DNA of 64,000 nucleotides from Burkholderiaceae bacterium (GCA_947448305.1 CANFME010000001.1:2030-66029), one strand, 5' to 3'. Counted from the first letter of the stretch, positions 17,435 to 26,156 are shown. Numbers and translations are program-made. Notes: generated from the letters alone by a model not told the origin.

Positions 17435-18266
17435 AACTTCAATTAAAGCAATTATTTTTGATTGGGCTGGAACAACAGTAGATTTTGGAAGTCGTGCTCC
17501 CATGGGTGCATTTGTGAAACTATTTGAATCTGAGGGTATCCATTTGACGATTGCTCAAGCACGTATTCCAATGGGTATGAACAAATGGGATCATATTGAT
17601 GAACTTTTAAAGCTTCCTGAGATTCAAAAACAATGGATTGAATTACATCATCAGTCTCATACTAAAGAAGATGTAGATCGGTTGTTAGCTATTTTTGTCC
17701 CCATGAACAAGGTTAGCATCCGCGAGTGTGGCCAATTAATTCCCGGAGTAGCAGAGCTTTCTAGAATTCTGCGAGAGCGTGCAATCAAAATTGGATCTAC
17801 AACTGGGTATACCAAAGAACTGTTAGACATATTGCTGCCAATTGCAAAAGGTCAGGGGTACGAAGTTGATGCCATGTCTTATTCGGGAGATACTCCTTTG
17901 GGTCGACCCTCTGCTCAAATGATGAATCGATGTGCTGAACAGTTTGGCATTGACAATCCCCTTGCATATATTAAGATTGATGACACTCAGCCCGGGATCG
18001 AAGAAGGAAAGGCCTTTGGTTGTTGGACGGTCGGAGTAGCATTAAGTGGCAATGCCCTTGGACTTTCTTACGAAGAACTCAAGGCAATGCCTCAAGAGGA
18101 GTCATTGCCATTACAAGAGTCTGCTCGCATGGCAATACAAGCAATGGCGCCAGATTATATGTTAGATTCCGTTGCTGATTTATTGCCTGTGATCGAAGAT
18201 ATCAATCGACGTTTAGAGTTGGGTCAAAAGCCAAATTCTTGGAATGAAACTAAAGATGAATTCTAA
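17427..18266 (+). CDS. phnX: Phosphonoacetaldehyde hydrolase (phosphonatase)
   Basis: HAD motif I AIIFDWAGTTVDFGS, and PMGMNKWDHI containing the Schiff-base lysine position. The start at 17427 (ATGATTAA overlap with the upstream stop) gives an N-terminus of the same length as known PhnX; the track start at 17364 is an out-of-context extension. Confidence 0.85.
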   Translation: MIKTSIKAIIFDWAGTTVDFGSRAPMGAFVKLFESEGIHLTIAQARIPMGMNKWDHIDELLKLPEIQKQWIELHHQSHTKEDVDRLLAIFVPMNKVSIRECGQLIPGVAELSRILRERAIKIGSTTGYTKELLDILLPIAKGQGYEVDAMSYSGDTPLGRPSAQMMNRCAEQFGIDNPLAYIKIDDTQPGIEEGKAFGCWTVGVALSGNALGLSYEELKAMPQEESLPLQESARMAIQAMAPDYMLDSVADLLPVIEDINRRLELGQKPNSWNETKDEF

Positions 18267-19509
18267 AATTTTGGTAAATGGTACCAGCTATCAATGGCCT
18301 AAGAAGCCAACGATAATCGTGTGTATTGATGGCGGTGATCCTGAGTATCTTCAACACTTATTAGCTGAATCTGCAATCCCCAATATTGCTAAATTTATTC
18401 AAAATGGATTTTGTACGATAGCAGATGGCACGATGCCTAGTTTTACTTGTCCAAATAATATGTCGATTATTACAGGTACTCCTGCCTCGAAACATGGAAT
18501 CTCAGGAAACTACTATTTAGACACCAATACTTGGGAGCCTGTTGTAATGACTGGTCCAGAGCTGTTACGAGGTGATACTATCTTGGCAAAGTTTGCAGAT
18601 GCAGGTGCAAGAGTAATTTCTATTACTGCTAAAGATAAGCTTCGTAAACAGTTAGGTAAAAATTTAAATTTATCAAATGGTAATATTTCCTTCTCCGCTG
18701 AGTTTGCCAGTCAATGCAGTATTGCAGAAAACGGAATTGAAGAAGTTATCGAATTAGTTGGAATGCCTGAACCGGATATCTACTCAATGGACCTTTCATT
18801 ATTTGTTCTCAGAGCAGGTATTAAATTGTTGGAGCGTGAAATGCCCGACTTGATGTATCTATCACTCACCGATTGGGTGCAACATAAGTATGCTCCAGAT
18901 GCATTAGAGGCTAAACAGTTTTATCAAGAGCTCGATCAATGTTTTGGTGAGTTTGACCGTTTGGGGGCGGTAGTTGGCCTTACTGCAGATCATGGTATGA
19001 GCGATAAGTCTAATGCTCAAGGAATGCCAAATGTGATTTGGCTTCAAGATATTTTGGATGAGAAGTTAGGTAAAGGTGACGTTCAGGTGGTTTGTCCAAT
19101 TACCGATGCTTATATTGGACACCATGGTTCCCTTGGTGGATTCGTAAGAGTGTGGTGCCGAGGTAAAGCAAGTCCTAAGAATGTAATTGAATCAATTGCC
19201 GGAATTGATGGAATTGAGCTAGCTTTGGACAAAGAAAATATTTGCAAGTTGTTTGATCTGCCTCCTGATCGTGAAGGTGATGTAGCAGTGATCGCAAGAA
19301 AAAATGTTTGTATTGGTACTTCAGTAAGTCATCATGACTTATCAGGTCTAGAGGGTCATCGTCTCAGGACACATGGCGGTACATCAGAAGCAAAAGTACC
19401 TATTATTTTTAATCGTCCCCTAAACAAGCAATATAAAATGAGGGCAGGAGTTTCCACCCTGAAGAGTTACGAGTTAATTGATTTTGCTTTAAATGGTCTT
19501 AAAGTTTAA
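18244..19509 (+). CDS. phnA: Phosphonoacetate hydrolase (alkaline phosphatase superfamily)
   Basis: PTIIVCIDGGDPEYL, PSFTCPNNMSIITG (Thr nucleophile region), LTADHGM and HDLSGL...RTHGG align closely along the full length with my recollection of Pseudomonas fluorescens PhnA. Confidence 0.8.
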   Translation: MKLKMNSKILVNGTSYQWPKKPTIIVCIDGGDPEYLQHLLAESAIPNIAKFIQNGFCTIADGTMPSFTCPNNMSIITGTPASKHGISGNYYLDTNTWEPVVMTGPELLRGDTILAKFADAGARVISITAKDKLRKQLGKNLNLSNGNISFSAEFASQCSIAENGIEEVIELVGMPEPDIYSMDLSLFVLRAGIKLLEREMPDLMYLSLTDWVQHKYAPDALEAKQFYQELDQCFGEFDRLGAVVGLTADHGMSDKSNAQGMPNVIWLQDILDEKLGKGDVQVVCPITDAYIGHHGSLGGFVRVWCRGKASPKNVIESIAGIDGIELALDKENICKLFDLPPDREGDVAVIARKNVCIGTSVSHHDLSGLEGHRLRTHGGTSEAKVPIIFNRPLNKQYKMRAGVSTLKSYELIDFALNGLKV

Positions 19510-19535
19510 TTCAATTTTGTAAATCATAACTGTCT

Positions 19536-20519
19536 TCAGATTGTGATCTTACCCGCTTGAATAACTTCCTTCCATCGCTCTGTATCTTCTTTAATCCATT
19601 TCAAAGTTTCTTCAGGAGATTCACCGATTGGCTCAGCACCCATTTCAGCAAGTTTCTTTTGCATATCTGGTGTTTTTAAAATACTACCGATAGCTGCGGA
19701 AATTTTATTGACGATGCTTGATGGGGTTTTAGGGGGAGCTACCATGGCAAACCAAGTGGTTGCAATCATGCCCGGAATGAACTCATTGAGTGTGGGAGTG
19801 TTCGGAAATGATTTGTTTCTTTTTTGGGTAGTAAGAGCAATGAGTTTTAATTTATCCGATTTGACATACTGCATTGTCGCGCCAATATTTCCAAACATAA
19901 CATCGACGTGTCCAGCTAATAAATCAGTAATCGCTGGAGCGTCGCCTTTGTAGGGAACATGAAGCATTTTTAGACCGGTTTTAAGTTTAAAAAGTTCCGC
20001 AGTTAAATGCGCCGTTGATCCACTTCCTTGAGAGGCATAAGTTAATTTATCCGGATTTGCTTTTAAATAATGTAAAAATGCAGGAACGGTATTAAATGGT
20101 AAAGATGGATGCACCATAAGGGCATTAGGTACTGCTGCCATCACGGTAATCGGGACAAATTGTGCAGCTTGATAATTTAACTTCGGGTATAAATTAGCGT
20201 TAATTGATAGGGCAGGTGGCGGAGATGCAAACAGAGTGTAGCCATCAGCCTCAGCATTAAAAATGTATTCAGCTGCGATATTGCCGGCAGCGCCAGGCTT
20301 ATTTTCAACAATAATGGATTGACCTAAAGCTTTCGATAATGGCTCTGCAAGTAAACGCGGTAAGGCATCTGCTGTGCCACCAGCAGGATTCGGAACTATT
20401 ATCCGAATTGGCTTTTGTGGCCAATTGTTTTGAGAAAAAACAGATCCAGAAATGACAAGGCCAGATAGCGCCATCGACTGTTTAAGGAGAGTTCTGCGAT
20501 CAATTTGTAGTTTTGGCAT
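19536..20519 (-). CDS. Bug-family (TctC-like) tripartite tricarboxylate transporter substrate-binding protein
   Basis: RR-containing signal IDRRTLLKQSMALSGLVISGSVFSQ and Bug signature PIRIIVPNPAGGTADALPRLLAEPLSKALGQSIIVENKPGAAGNIAA. Confidence 0.85.
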   Translation of the reverse strand: MPKLQIDRRTLLKQSMALSGLVISGSVFSQNNWPQKPIRIIVPNPAGGTADALPRLLAEPLSKALGQSIIVENKPGAAGNIAAEYIFNAEADGYTLFASPPPALSINANLYPKLNYQAAQFVPITVMAAVPNALMVHPSLPFNTVPAFLHYLKANPDKLTYASQGSGSTAHLTAELFKLKTGLKMLHVPYKGDAPAITDLLAGHVDVMFGNIGATMQYVKSDKLKLIALTTQKRNKSFPNTPTLNEFIPGMIATTWFAMVAPPKTPSSIVNKISAAIGSILKTPDMQKKLAEMGAEPIGESPEETLKWIKEDTERWKEVIQAGKITI

Positions 20520-20534
20520 AAGTTTTAAACTTCC

Positions 20535-21023
20535 TTAAATTGGAATAACAAGTAATGTTTCAATGGCTCTTGAGTCAAACACAAGATGTCGTCTTTTAAA
20601 AAGAACCGTTTGCTGATCAATCGATATTTCGTCTCTCGCTTGACCTGTGAAAATAATTTGAATTTGTCCATCTAACTCCATTGTTCTGATGATGGAAAAG
20701 TTAGAAACCACTTCAAGAAGGTTATTTTCTTTCTTTAATATTTGAACCCCCGAAATCATATGTCGATAGTGATGCGGTTCATAAATGTTAGCGATACGCA
20801 TGGATAAGATACGATCTCTTAACTGCGCTGGGCTGTGACAGTCAATGGAGCAGTGAGGTAAATTTCTATCTAAGTTAAAACGGGACTGGACTGTATATCG
20901 GCCATTCGGAACTAATAAATCAGCAATTGCTTCGACTCGATTTTCATCGATGCGACGGGCCCATTCAAAAATTAATTGTTCAACGAGACGGTAGTCAGAT
21001 TCGTTGGTATAAAAAGTATTCAT
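20535..21023 (-). CDS. Aromatic ring-hydroxylating dioxygenase beta (small) subunit
   Basis: 162 aa NTF2-like protein located 17 nt downstream of the Rieske alpha subunit gene. Confidence 0.8.
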   Translation of the reverse strand: MNTFYTNESDYRLVEQLIFEWARRIDENRVEAIADLLVPNGRYTVQSRFNLDRNLPHCSIDCHSPAQLRDRILSMRIANIYEPHHYRHMISGVQILKKENNLLEVVSNFSIIRTMELDGQIQIIFTGQARDEISIDQQTVLFKRRHLVFDSRAIETLLVIPI

Positions 21024-21040
21024 GATTAAAAATCTTTAAC

Positions 21041-22318
21041 TTAAAGGTTCATATCTTGGCGATAGTTATGCCAAAAATTACGAATTGCTCGTTCAGATAA
21101 TTTACTAGAACCGCCGGAAATCAAATCTGTCCCGCCCATCTCTATAAAAGAGTTACCGACTTGGCCATCAGCAATTGCGCGGTAAGTCATTTCGCATACT
21201 GCAGCATCCTCGACAGAAATCATACCTGCCGAGCCCGCTAAATTAATTTGGATTAAGCGTCGTTGGGTCGTTGGTTCATCGTCGTCAGCAAAACCAAAAT
21301 ACGTCCAAACTAAATCACATTGATTTTGTCCTTTAGGTAGTAACTGTCTTGTCGCAAGACTATTAGCGATTTGATGAAGAACAAAAGAAGGGTAAGCCGA
21401 TAAAATTTGAACACTAACACCATCACCAATTTCATCCACCCACTTTAAGATAGAGGGATCTTCTAGCTTGAGTTGATCATTGTGTGATCTTAACTCGGAG
21501 GTGGTATTTTGATAATTGGTATCGTTCTTTTCTGTGCCCGCTTTTGTGAAGAAGCAAGAATGACGACCCATCTTATCTAATACCATGCCCGACTCTTGAG
21601 ATTGTCTTGATAAGCCAAATGTCCCATAAAAGGTATGCAAGATATTGGCATGATAAGAATCTCTGGGGTTTTCATGATAATTTTTCCAGTTTGATTTGAT
21701 TCTTTGCGTATCGTAGCCTAATATTTTTAAGGGGCGAGTTAGCAAGCGTTTAATACCGTAAGCAACATCACCAAGCCATTCTTCAAGAGGTTCAAGCGTC
21801 TCACTAAACGTAGCAAAAACTAGACCACAAATAAGCTCTGTACGAAGTTGAGTCAGACCATGATTGGCTTTATCAAAATCTTTAGGTAAACCACCTTCAC
21901 CCCGAATACCTCGACTAAAAGCAGCATTTTTTAAATTTCCCTTAAGGTCATAACTCCATGCATGATAGACACAGTACAGTGATTCTGCTTTGCCGAAAGC
22001 ATCACGACAAACCATGTTACCTCGGTGAGCACAGCGATTCACCATGCCATTAATTGAACCGTCCTCAGCCCTAACCATCAGAACAGAGGTATCGCCTATA
22101 TAGGTGGTTTTATAGTCGCCGGTTTCTGGAACCTCTGCATCGATTCCTAAATAATGCCAAGCATTACCCCTAAAAATATTAGCTTGTTCTAATAAATAAA
22201 TATCTGGGTCTGTATAAATCCAATATGGAGCTCTACTCACGCCTTCAGTAGGCCAAGTTTTGTTTGAAATAGGGTGAGTCTTGGATTTTTTAAAACTCGA
22301 AATGGTTTGTGATGTCAT
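21041..22318 (-). CDS. Rieske non-heme iron aromatic ring-hydroxylating dioxygenase alpha subunit (aromatic-acid type, TphA2/NagG-like)
   Basis: Rieske motif CAHRG...CVYHAW and mononuclear iron motif DSYHANILH; 425 aa. Confidence 0.85.
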   Translation of the reverse strand: MTSQTISSFKKSKTHPISNKTWPTEGVSRAPYWIYTDPDIYLLEQANIFRGNAWHYLGIDAEVPETGDYKTTYIGDTSVLMVRAEDGSINGMVNRCAHRGNMVCRDAFGKAESLYCVYHAWSYDLKGNLKNAAFSRGIRGEGGLPKDFDKANHGLTQLRTELICGLVFATFSETLEPLEEWLGDVAYGIKRLLTRPLKILGYDTQRIKSNWKNYHENPRDSYHANILHTFYGTFGLSRQSQESGMVLDKMGRHSCFFTKAGTEKNDTNYQNTTSELRSHNDQLKLEDPSILKWVDEIGDGVSVQILSAYPSFVLHQIANSLATRQLLPKGQNQCDLVWTYFGFADDDEPTTQRRLIQINLAGSAGMISVEDAAVCEMTYRAIADGQVGNSFIEMGGTDLISGGSSKLSERAIRNFWHNYRQDMNL

Positions 22319-22412
22319 TGTTGTCTTTTTTTAATTTTTTTGTTTACTGTCAATCCGCTCGAGTCTTAGTATAAACGACTGCACTTTCTTGTTTTATGAT
22401 ATCGTATTTGTA

Positions 22413-22571
22413 ATGAACAGCAAGCACAAAAGGCCTTTGTTAGCCATATTTTCCAATCCAGTAACTGTTGCTATACCTTGGGATAAAATGGAATCACTGC
22501 TTGTTGCAGTTGGATGTCAAATCGTTAGCTCGGGTGGGTCAGGAGTTGCCTTCGACCTCAATGATTCTTGA
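22413..22571 (+). pseudogene. C-terminally truncated HicA-family toxin stub
   Basis: MNSKHKRPLLAIFSNPVTVAIPWDKMESLLVAVGCQIVSSGGSGVAFDLNDS resembles the N-terminal two thirds of the MNSKH+KTLEAIF..P....I.W..IE.LL.ALG subfamily of HicA toxins. It stops before the HRPHP catalytic region. No hicB follows. Confidence 0.45.
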
Positions 22572-22634
22572 CATTTAAAAAAATGGACAAAAAGGTAGCA
22601 ATATTTACTCTATTACATCTAATTTATACCTTTT

Positions 22635-23768
22635 ATGACGATTAAAAAAACAATAAATTCTAATAAAAACATATCGATTTCAAGCCCAAAGATATTAGCC
22701 GTAGCACCGATGATGGATTGGACTGATCGGCATTGCCGCTCATTTCATCGAATACTTTCTAAAAAAGCCATTCTTTATACGGAGATGATTAATACTGGGG
22801 CAATTATTTATGGTGATCGTCCTAAGCATTTAGATTTTGATAAAGATGAACATCCTGTTGTGTTGCAATTAGGTGGTAGTGAGCCTTTTGACTTAGCGCA
22901 GGCAGCTAAAATTGCTCAAGAATGGGGGTATGACCAGATTGATTTAAATTGTGGCTGTCCTTCAGAGCGTGTTCAGAGAGGCTCATTTGGCGCTTGTCTC
23001 ATGGCTGAGCCGAATCTGGTTGCTGATTGTGTTAAAGCTATGAAAGATGCGGTGGATATTCCGATTAGTGTTAAACATCGTTTAGGTTTAAACGAGATGG
23101 ATCCGACTCAAGAACAAGACTATCAATTTGTCCTTGATTTCATGCTGAAGGTCTGTGACGCTGGGGCTTCACAACTTACCATTCATGCTCGTAATGCCAT
23201 CCTCAAAGGTTTATCTCCTAAAGAAAATAGAACAGTTCCTCCTTTAAGGTATGAAGTCGCAAAGCAACTTCGAATGGATGTAAAAAATCAGTTTTCACAA
23301 GTGAATGTATTACTTAATGGTGGTCTTGAAACCAACCAGGATATTGCCAATCATTGGGATGATTTTGATGGCTTTATGATAGGGCGGGCGGCCTATCATA
23401 CCCCAGCGCATTTATTGGCTTGGGATCAAATGATTGAGAGCTCAGGTCAAAATTACGGTTACTTTTTAAATGCTCAAACCTGGAAAATTGTTGAAGAAAA
23501 GTTAATTGATTACGCAATTCGTTGGTATCGATTTTGTCAGCAAAGCCAGGGTAAATATGTTTTTAATATCGCGGCTATTACACGCCATGTATTAGGCTTT
23601 GCTCATGGTATTGGGGGATCAAGGTATTGGCGTCAAATTCTCTCAAATCATCATCTTCTCCATGATGTGCAGAACGAATCTCAAATTCGAGAATTCTTTA
23701 TTTCAGCTAGCCAGACTTTGAGAATCTTCTCTGATGTGGAAAAAGAATTTTCTCTGCAAGATGATTAA
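22635..23768 (+). CDS. dusA: tRNA-dihydrouridine(20/20a) synthase
   Basis: AVAPMMDWTDRHCR and DLNCGCPS motifs; 377 aa. Confidence 0.9.
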   Translation: MTIKKTINSNKNISISSPKILAVAPMMDWTDRHCRSFHRILSKKAILYTEMINTGAIIYGDRPKHLDFDKDEHPVVLQLGGSEPFDLAQAAKIAQEWGYDQIDLNCGCPSERVQRGSFGACLMAEPNLVADCVKAMKDAVDIPISVKHRLGLNEMDPTQEQDYQFVLDFMLKVCDAGASQLTIHARNAILKGLSPKENRTVPPLRYEVAKQLRMDVKNQFSQVNVLLNGGLETNQDIANHWDDFDGFMIGRAAYHTPAHLLAWDQMIESSGQNYGYFLNAQTWKIVEEKLIDYAIRWYRFCQQSQGKYVFNIAAITRHVLGFAHGIGGSRYWRQILSNHHLLHDVQNESQIREFFISASQTLRIFSDVEKEFSLQDD

Positions 23769-23771
23769 GTA

Positions 23772-24239
23772 CTAAAAGTCTTTGAAAAGTATTAATACTG
23801 TAATGCCAGAATTTCCATGCATATCGATGGTGATTCCTTTGGCAAGGGTTGGATGACTTCTTCGTAACTCTTCCAATCCTGATAAACCTGGTTTTAATAC
23901 CTCACCGTAATAGACTTCAGCAATCGCATTGGTCCACTTACCATAATCCATTGCATCCCGAAAAGCCTTTTTAATTTTCCCGGTTTGTCCTGTCGACCCT
24001 TGACCATGAATGACCTTAATCAGTCGAATTCCTGTGTTTTGTAGTCGAGTCAGATAATGTTCAAACCTTAAAAATGCCTCGTCAATTGTAGGTAGGCCAG
24101 ATTCTAAGTTAATCGTAAATGCTTTAACCTGTGCATCTGCATCTGAAAGAAAATCAGTTTCGCCACAATAGGGACATTCTTTGAGGATAAATTGGCGGGG
24201 GTTCCCGCACATTGAGCAAATAATTTGATGACTGTTCAT
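23772..24239 (-). CDS. Zinc-ribbon plus Smr-domain protein
   Basis: N-terminal CSMC...CPYC ribbon, then an Smr-like core INLESGLPTIDEAF...IRLIKVIHGQGSTG. Confidence 0.6.
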   Translation of the reverse strand: MNSHQIICSMCGNPRQFILKECPYCGETDFLSDADAQVKAFTINLESGLPTIDEAFLRFEHYLTRLQNTGIRLIKVIHGQGSTGQTGKIKKAFRDAMDYGKWTNAIAEVYYGEVLKPGLSGLEELRRSHPTLAKGITIDMHGNSGITVLILFKDF

Positions 24240-24344
24240 GGGGTGTTATTTTTGCTAGTCAAAAAAGGAATGACTATGAAAGCTCTATGTTAGTCCTCTA
24301 ATAGGAGGTGAAAAGTGTTGGTATTGCTATGAACTTTTTGAAAC

Positions 24345-24902
24345 TTAAGATTTCATCTCGGCTTTTCTGCGTTGCTCTCTAAAATCCCATGGTGCTGTAG
24401 GATTTTCTTGGATCCATAAACCTTTTTTTGCTTTTTTTGCGAACTCTTGGGCTAGGTCATACCGTTTTGCTTCTTCTGCTGGTTGATCCTTTGCATAATG
24501 TTTGTAATGCCAAGCAACACCCTCATGAATAAGATATTCATTAATATCTTCATCACCTAATCGAACAATCCCCAAAGCCCTTTCATAACGATCGATTCCT
24601 CTGATTTCTACCCGGACAACATTACCAAAGACCTTTTCACTGAGTAATCGTTTTGCACGATTTCCAAAAGCTTGATTTTTCTCCGGACAATCAATCCCTG
24701 CTAGTCTAATTTTTAGCTGAGTATTGTCTTCATTGAGAAGGGTGATGGTGTCACCATCTGAAATACCAATTACCTTAGCAATAATAATTTGGTGTTTCTG
24801 ATATTTGGGAGTGTCTTTGGCGAATAGATCGGCTGGTAAAAATGTTAGCGATATGCCTAAAAATAAACTGATTAATGCATTGATGCGAAATTTTGATGTC
24901 AT
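24345..24902 (-). CDS. Secreted thermonuclease (staphylococcal nuclease, SNase) family protein
   Basis: Signal peptide MTSKFRINALISLFLGISLTFLPADLFA and SNase motifs GISDGDTITL, IRLAGIDCPE, DRYERALG. Confidence 0.85.
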   Translation of the reverse strand: MTSKFRINALISLFLGISLTFLPADLFAKDTPKYQKHQIIIAKVIGISDGDTITLLNEDNTQLKIRLAGIDCPEKNQAFGNRAKRLLSEKVFGNVVRVEIRGIDRYERALGIVRLGDEDINEYLIHEGVAWHYKHYAKDQPAEEAKRYDLAQEFAKKAKKGLWIQENPTAPWDFREQRRKAEMKS

Positions 24903-25010
24903 GGCATTTCTCGTTTGTTAAAAAACCTTCTTAAACTAAAATCATTACTTAATTTTGTTAATCTTCGGTCGTATTTTTATTCTATCTGAAATTTTTAACA
25001 AATTTAAAAG

Positions 25011-26156
25011 TTACATCGATTCGAGAAGAATATTTCTGTAATCATCAAATGTGGCGATTCTTGGATTAGTGAAGTGGCAATGATCTTTTAAAGCTCCTTG
25101 AATAATCTGATCAAAATGAGCTTCTTCAATCCCTAAATCTTTTAAGCCAGTTGGAAGCCCTAGTCTTTTCGAAAGATTCAACATCGCTTCGGGCAAAATA
25201 CTCTCATCTGAGACACCAATTTTTTGGGCAATTGCTGCCATTTTTTTTTGCTCAATTACTGATTGCGCCTTTGCATTAAAACGCAATATGGCCGGTAAGA
25301 AGACGGCATTAAGAGTGCCGTGATGAAGATTTGGAAATAAACCACCAAGACTATGACTAAGGCTATGGATGCAACCCAGTCCCTTTTGAAAGGCCATTGC
25401 ACCATGCATGGATGCGGTCATCATTTGCAGTCTTGCTTCTTGATGTTGACCATCTTGAGTCGCTAATTCAATATTTTGCCAAGCTCTTTCTAAACCATCC
25501 AAAGCAATAGCATCTGCTGTTGGGTTGAAAGGGGGATTTAAAAAAGTCTCTACGCAATGTGCAATTGCATCCATCCCGGTGGCCGCCGTAAGGTAGGGGG
25601 GTAGATTTAAAGTGAGATCTGGATCGCAAATAGCCGATTTAGGCAAAATATGCCAGGAGTGAAATCCCACTTTACGTTGATCGTCTAAAATTAAAATCAC
25701 CCCTCTTGCCACTTCACTCCCCGTGCCACTGGTCGTTGGCACTGCTATTAAGGGGGCAACTTGGGCAGTAATCTTGTTAGATCCGCCCTCAATGGTGGCG
25801 TAGTTTTTTAGTGGTTCATGATGAGATGCCAGGATCGAGATTACTTTTGCGCAATCAATAGAAGAACCCCCTCCAAGAGCAATTAAGCCGTCACAGTTAT
25901 GCTTTTCATAAAGAGCTTTACCAAGTTCAGCTGCCCGTTGGGTGGGGTTGGATGGTGTTTGATCAAACACAACATATTCCATGCCCCCTAAAACCTGCTC
26001 AATTTTCGATAAAATTCCAGCCGATTTAATTCCTTGATCGGTAACAATTAAGGGTTTTTTGATATTCAGTCTGTTGCATTCAGATTGGATACGTTGGATT
26101 GCACCAGATTCGAGGTAAATTTGAGTTAAATATTGAATATGTGACATTTGAATCAT
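25011..26156 (-). CDS. Iron-containing alcohol dehydrogenase
   Basis: ALGGGSSIDCAKV, VPTTSGTGSEV and HSLSHSLGG motifs; 381 aa. Confidence 0.85.
   Translation of the reverse strand: MIQMSHIQYLTQIYLESGAIQRIQSECNRLNIKKPLIVTDQGIKSAGILSKIEQVLGGMEYVVFDQTPSNPTQRAAELGKALYEKHNCDGLIALGGGSSIDCAKVISILASHHEPLKNYATIEGGSNKITAQVAPLIAVPTTSGTGSEVARGVILILDDQRKVGFHSWHILPKSAICDPDLTLNLPPYLTAATGMDAIAHCVETFLNPPFNPTADAIALDGLERAWQNIELATQDGQHQEARLQMMTASMHGAMAFQKGLGCIHSLSHSLGGLFPNLHHGTLNAVFLPAILRFNAKAQSVIEQKKMAAIAQKIGVSDESILPEAMLNLSKRLGLPTGLKDLGIEEAHFDQIIQGALKDHCHFTNPRIATFDDYRNILLESM

Noticed and set aside
9964-22634. The idea that the whole block upstream of dusA is an intact dusA-integrated genomic island.
   Set aside because: No integrase, excisionase, conjugation or phage gene is present, and I could not spot a duplicated dusA 5' att-like sequence in the window. 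Only the hicA-like stub hints at past mobile DNA.
24914-25002. An 11-bp perfect inverted repeat TTTGTTAAAAA (24914-24924) / TTTTTAACAAA (24992-25002).
   Set aside because: The arms are almost pure A/T and are separated by 67 nt in an AT-rich spacer. This is plausibly chance and would not form a stable structure.
25241-25249. A T9 homopolymer (A9 on the coding strand) inside the Fe-ADH gene as a possible phase-variation or slippage site.
   Set aside because: The reading frame is intact through it (EQKKMAA). A8-A9 lysine-codon runs occur in several other genes of this AT-rich genome (purU, trpA, the entericidin-like gene).
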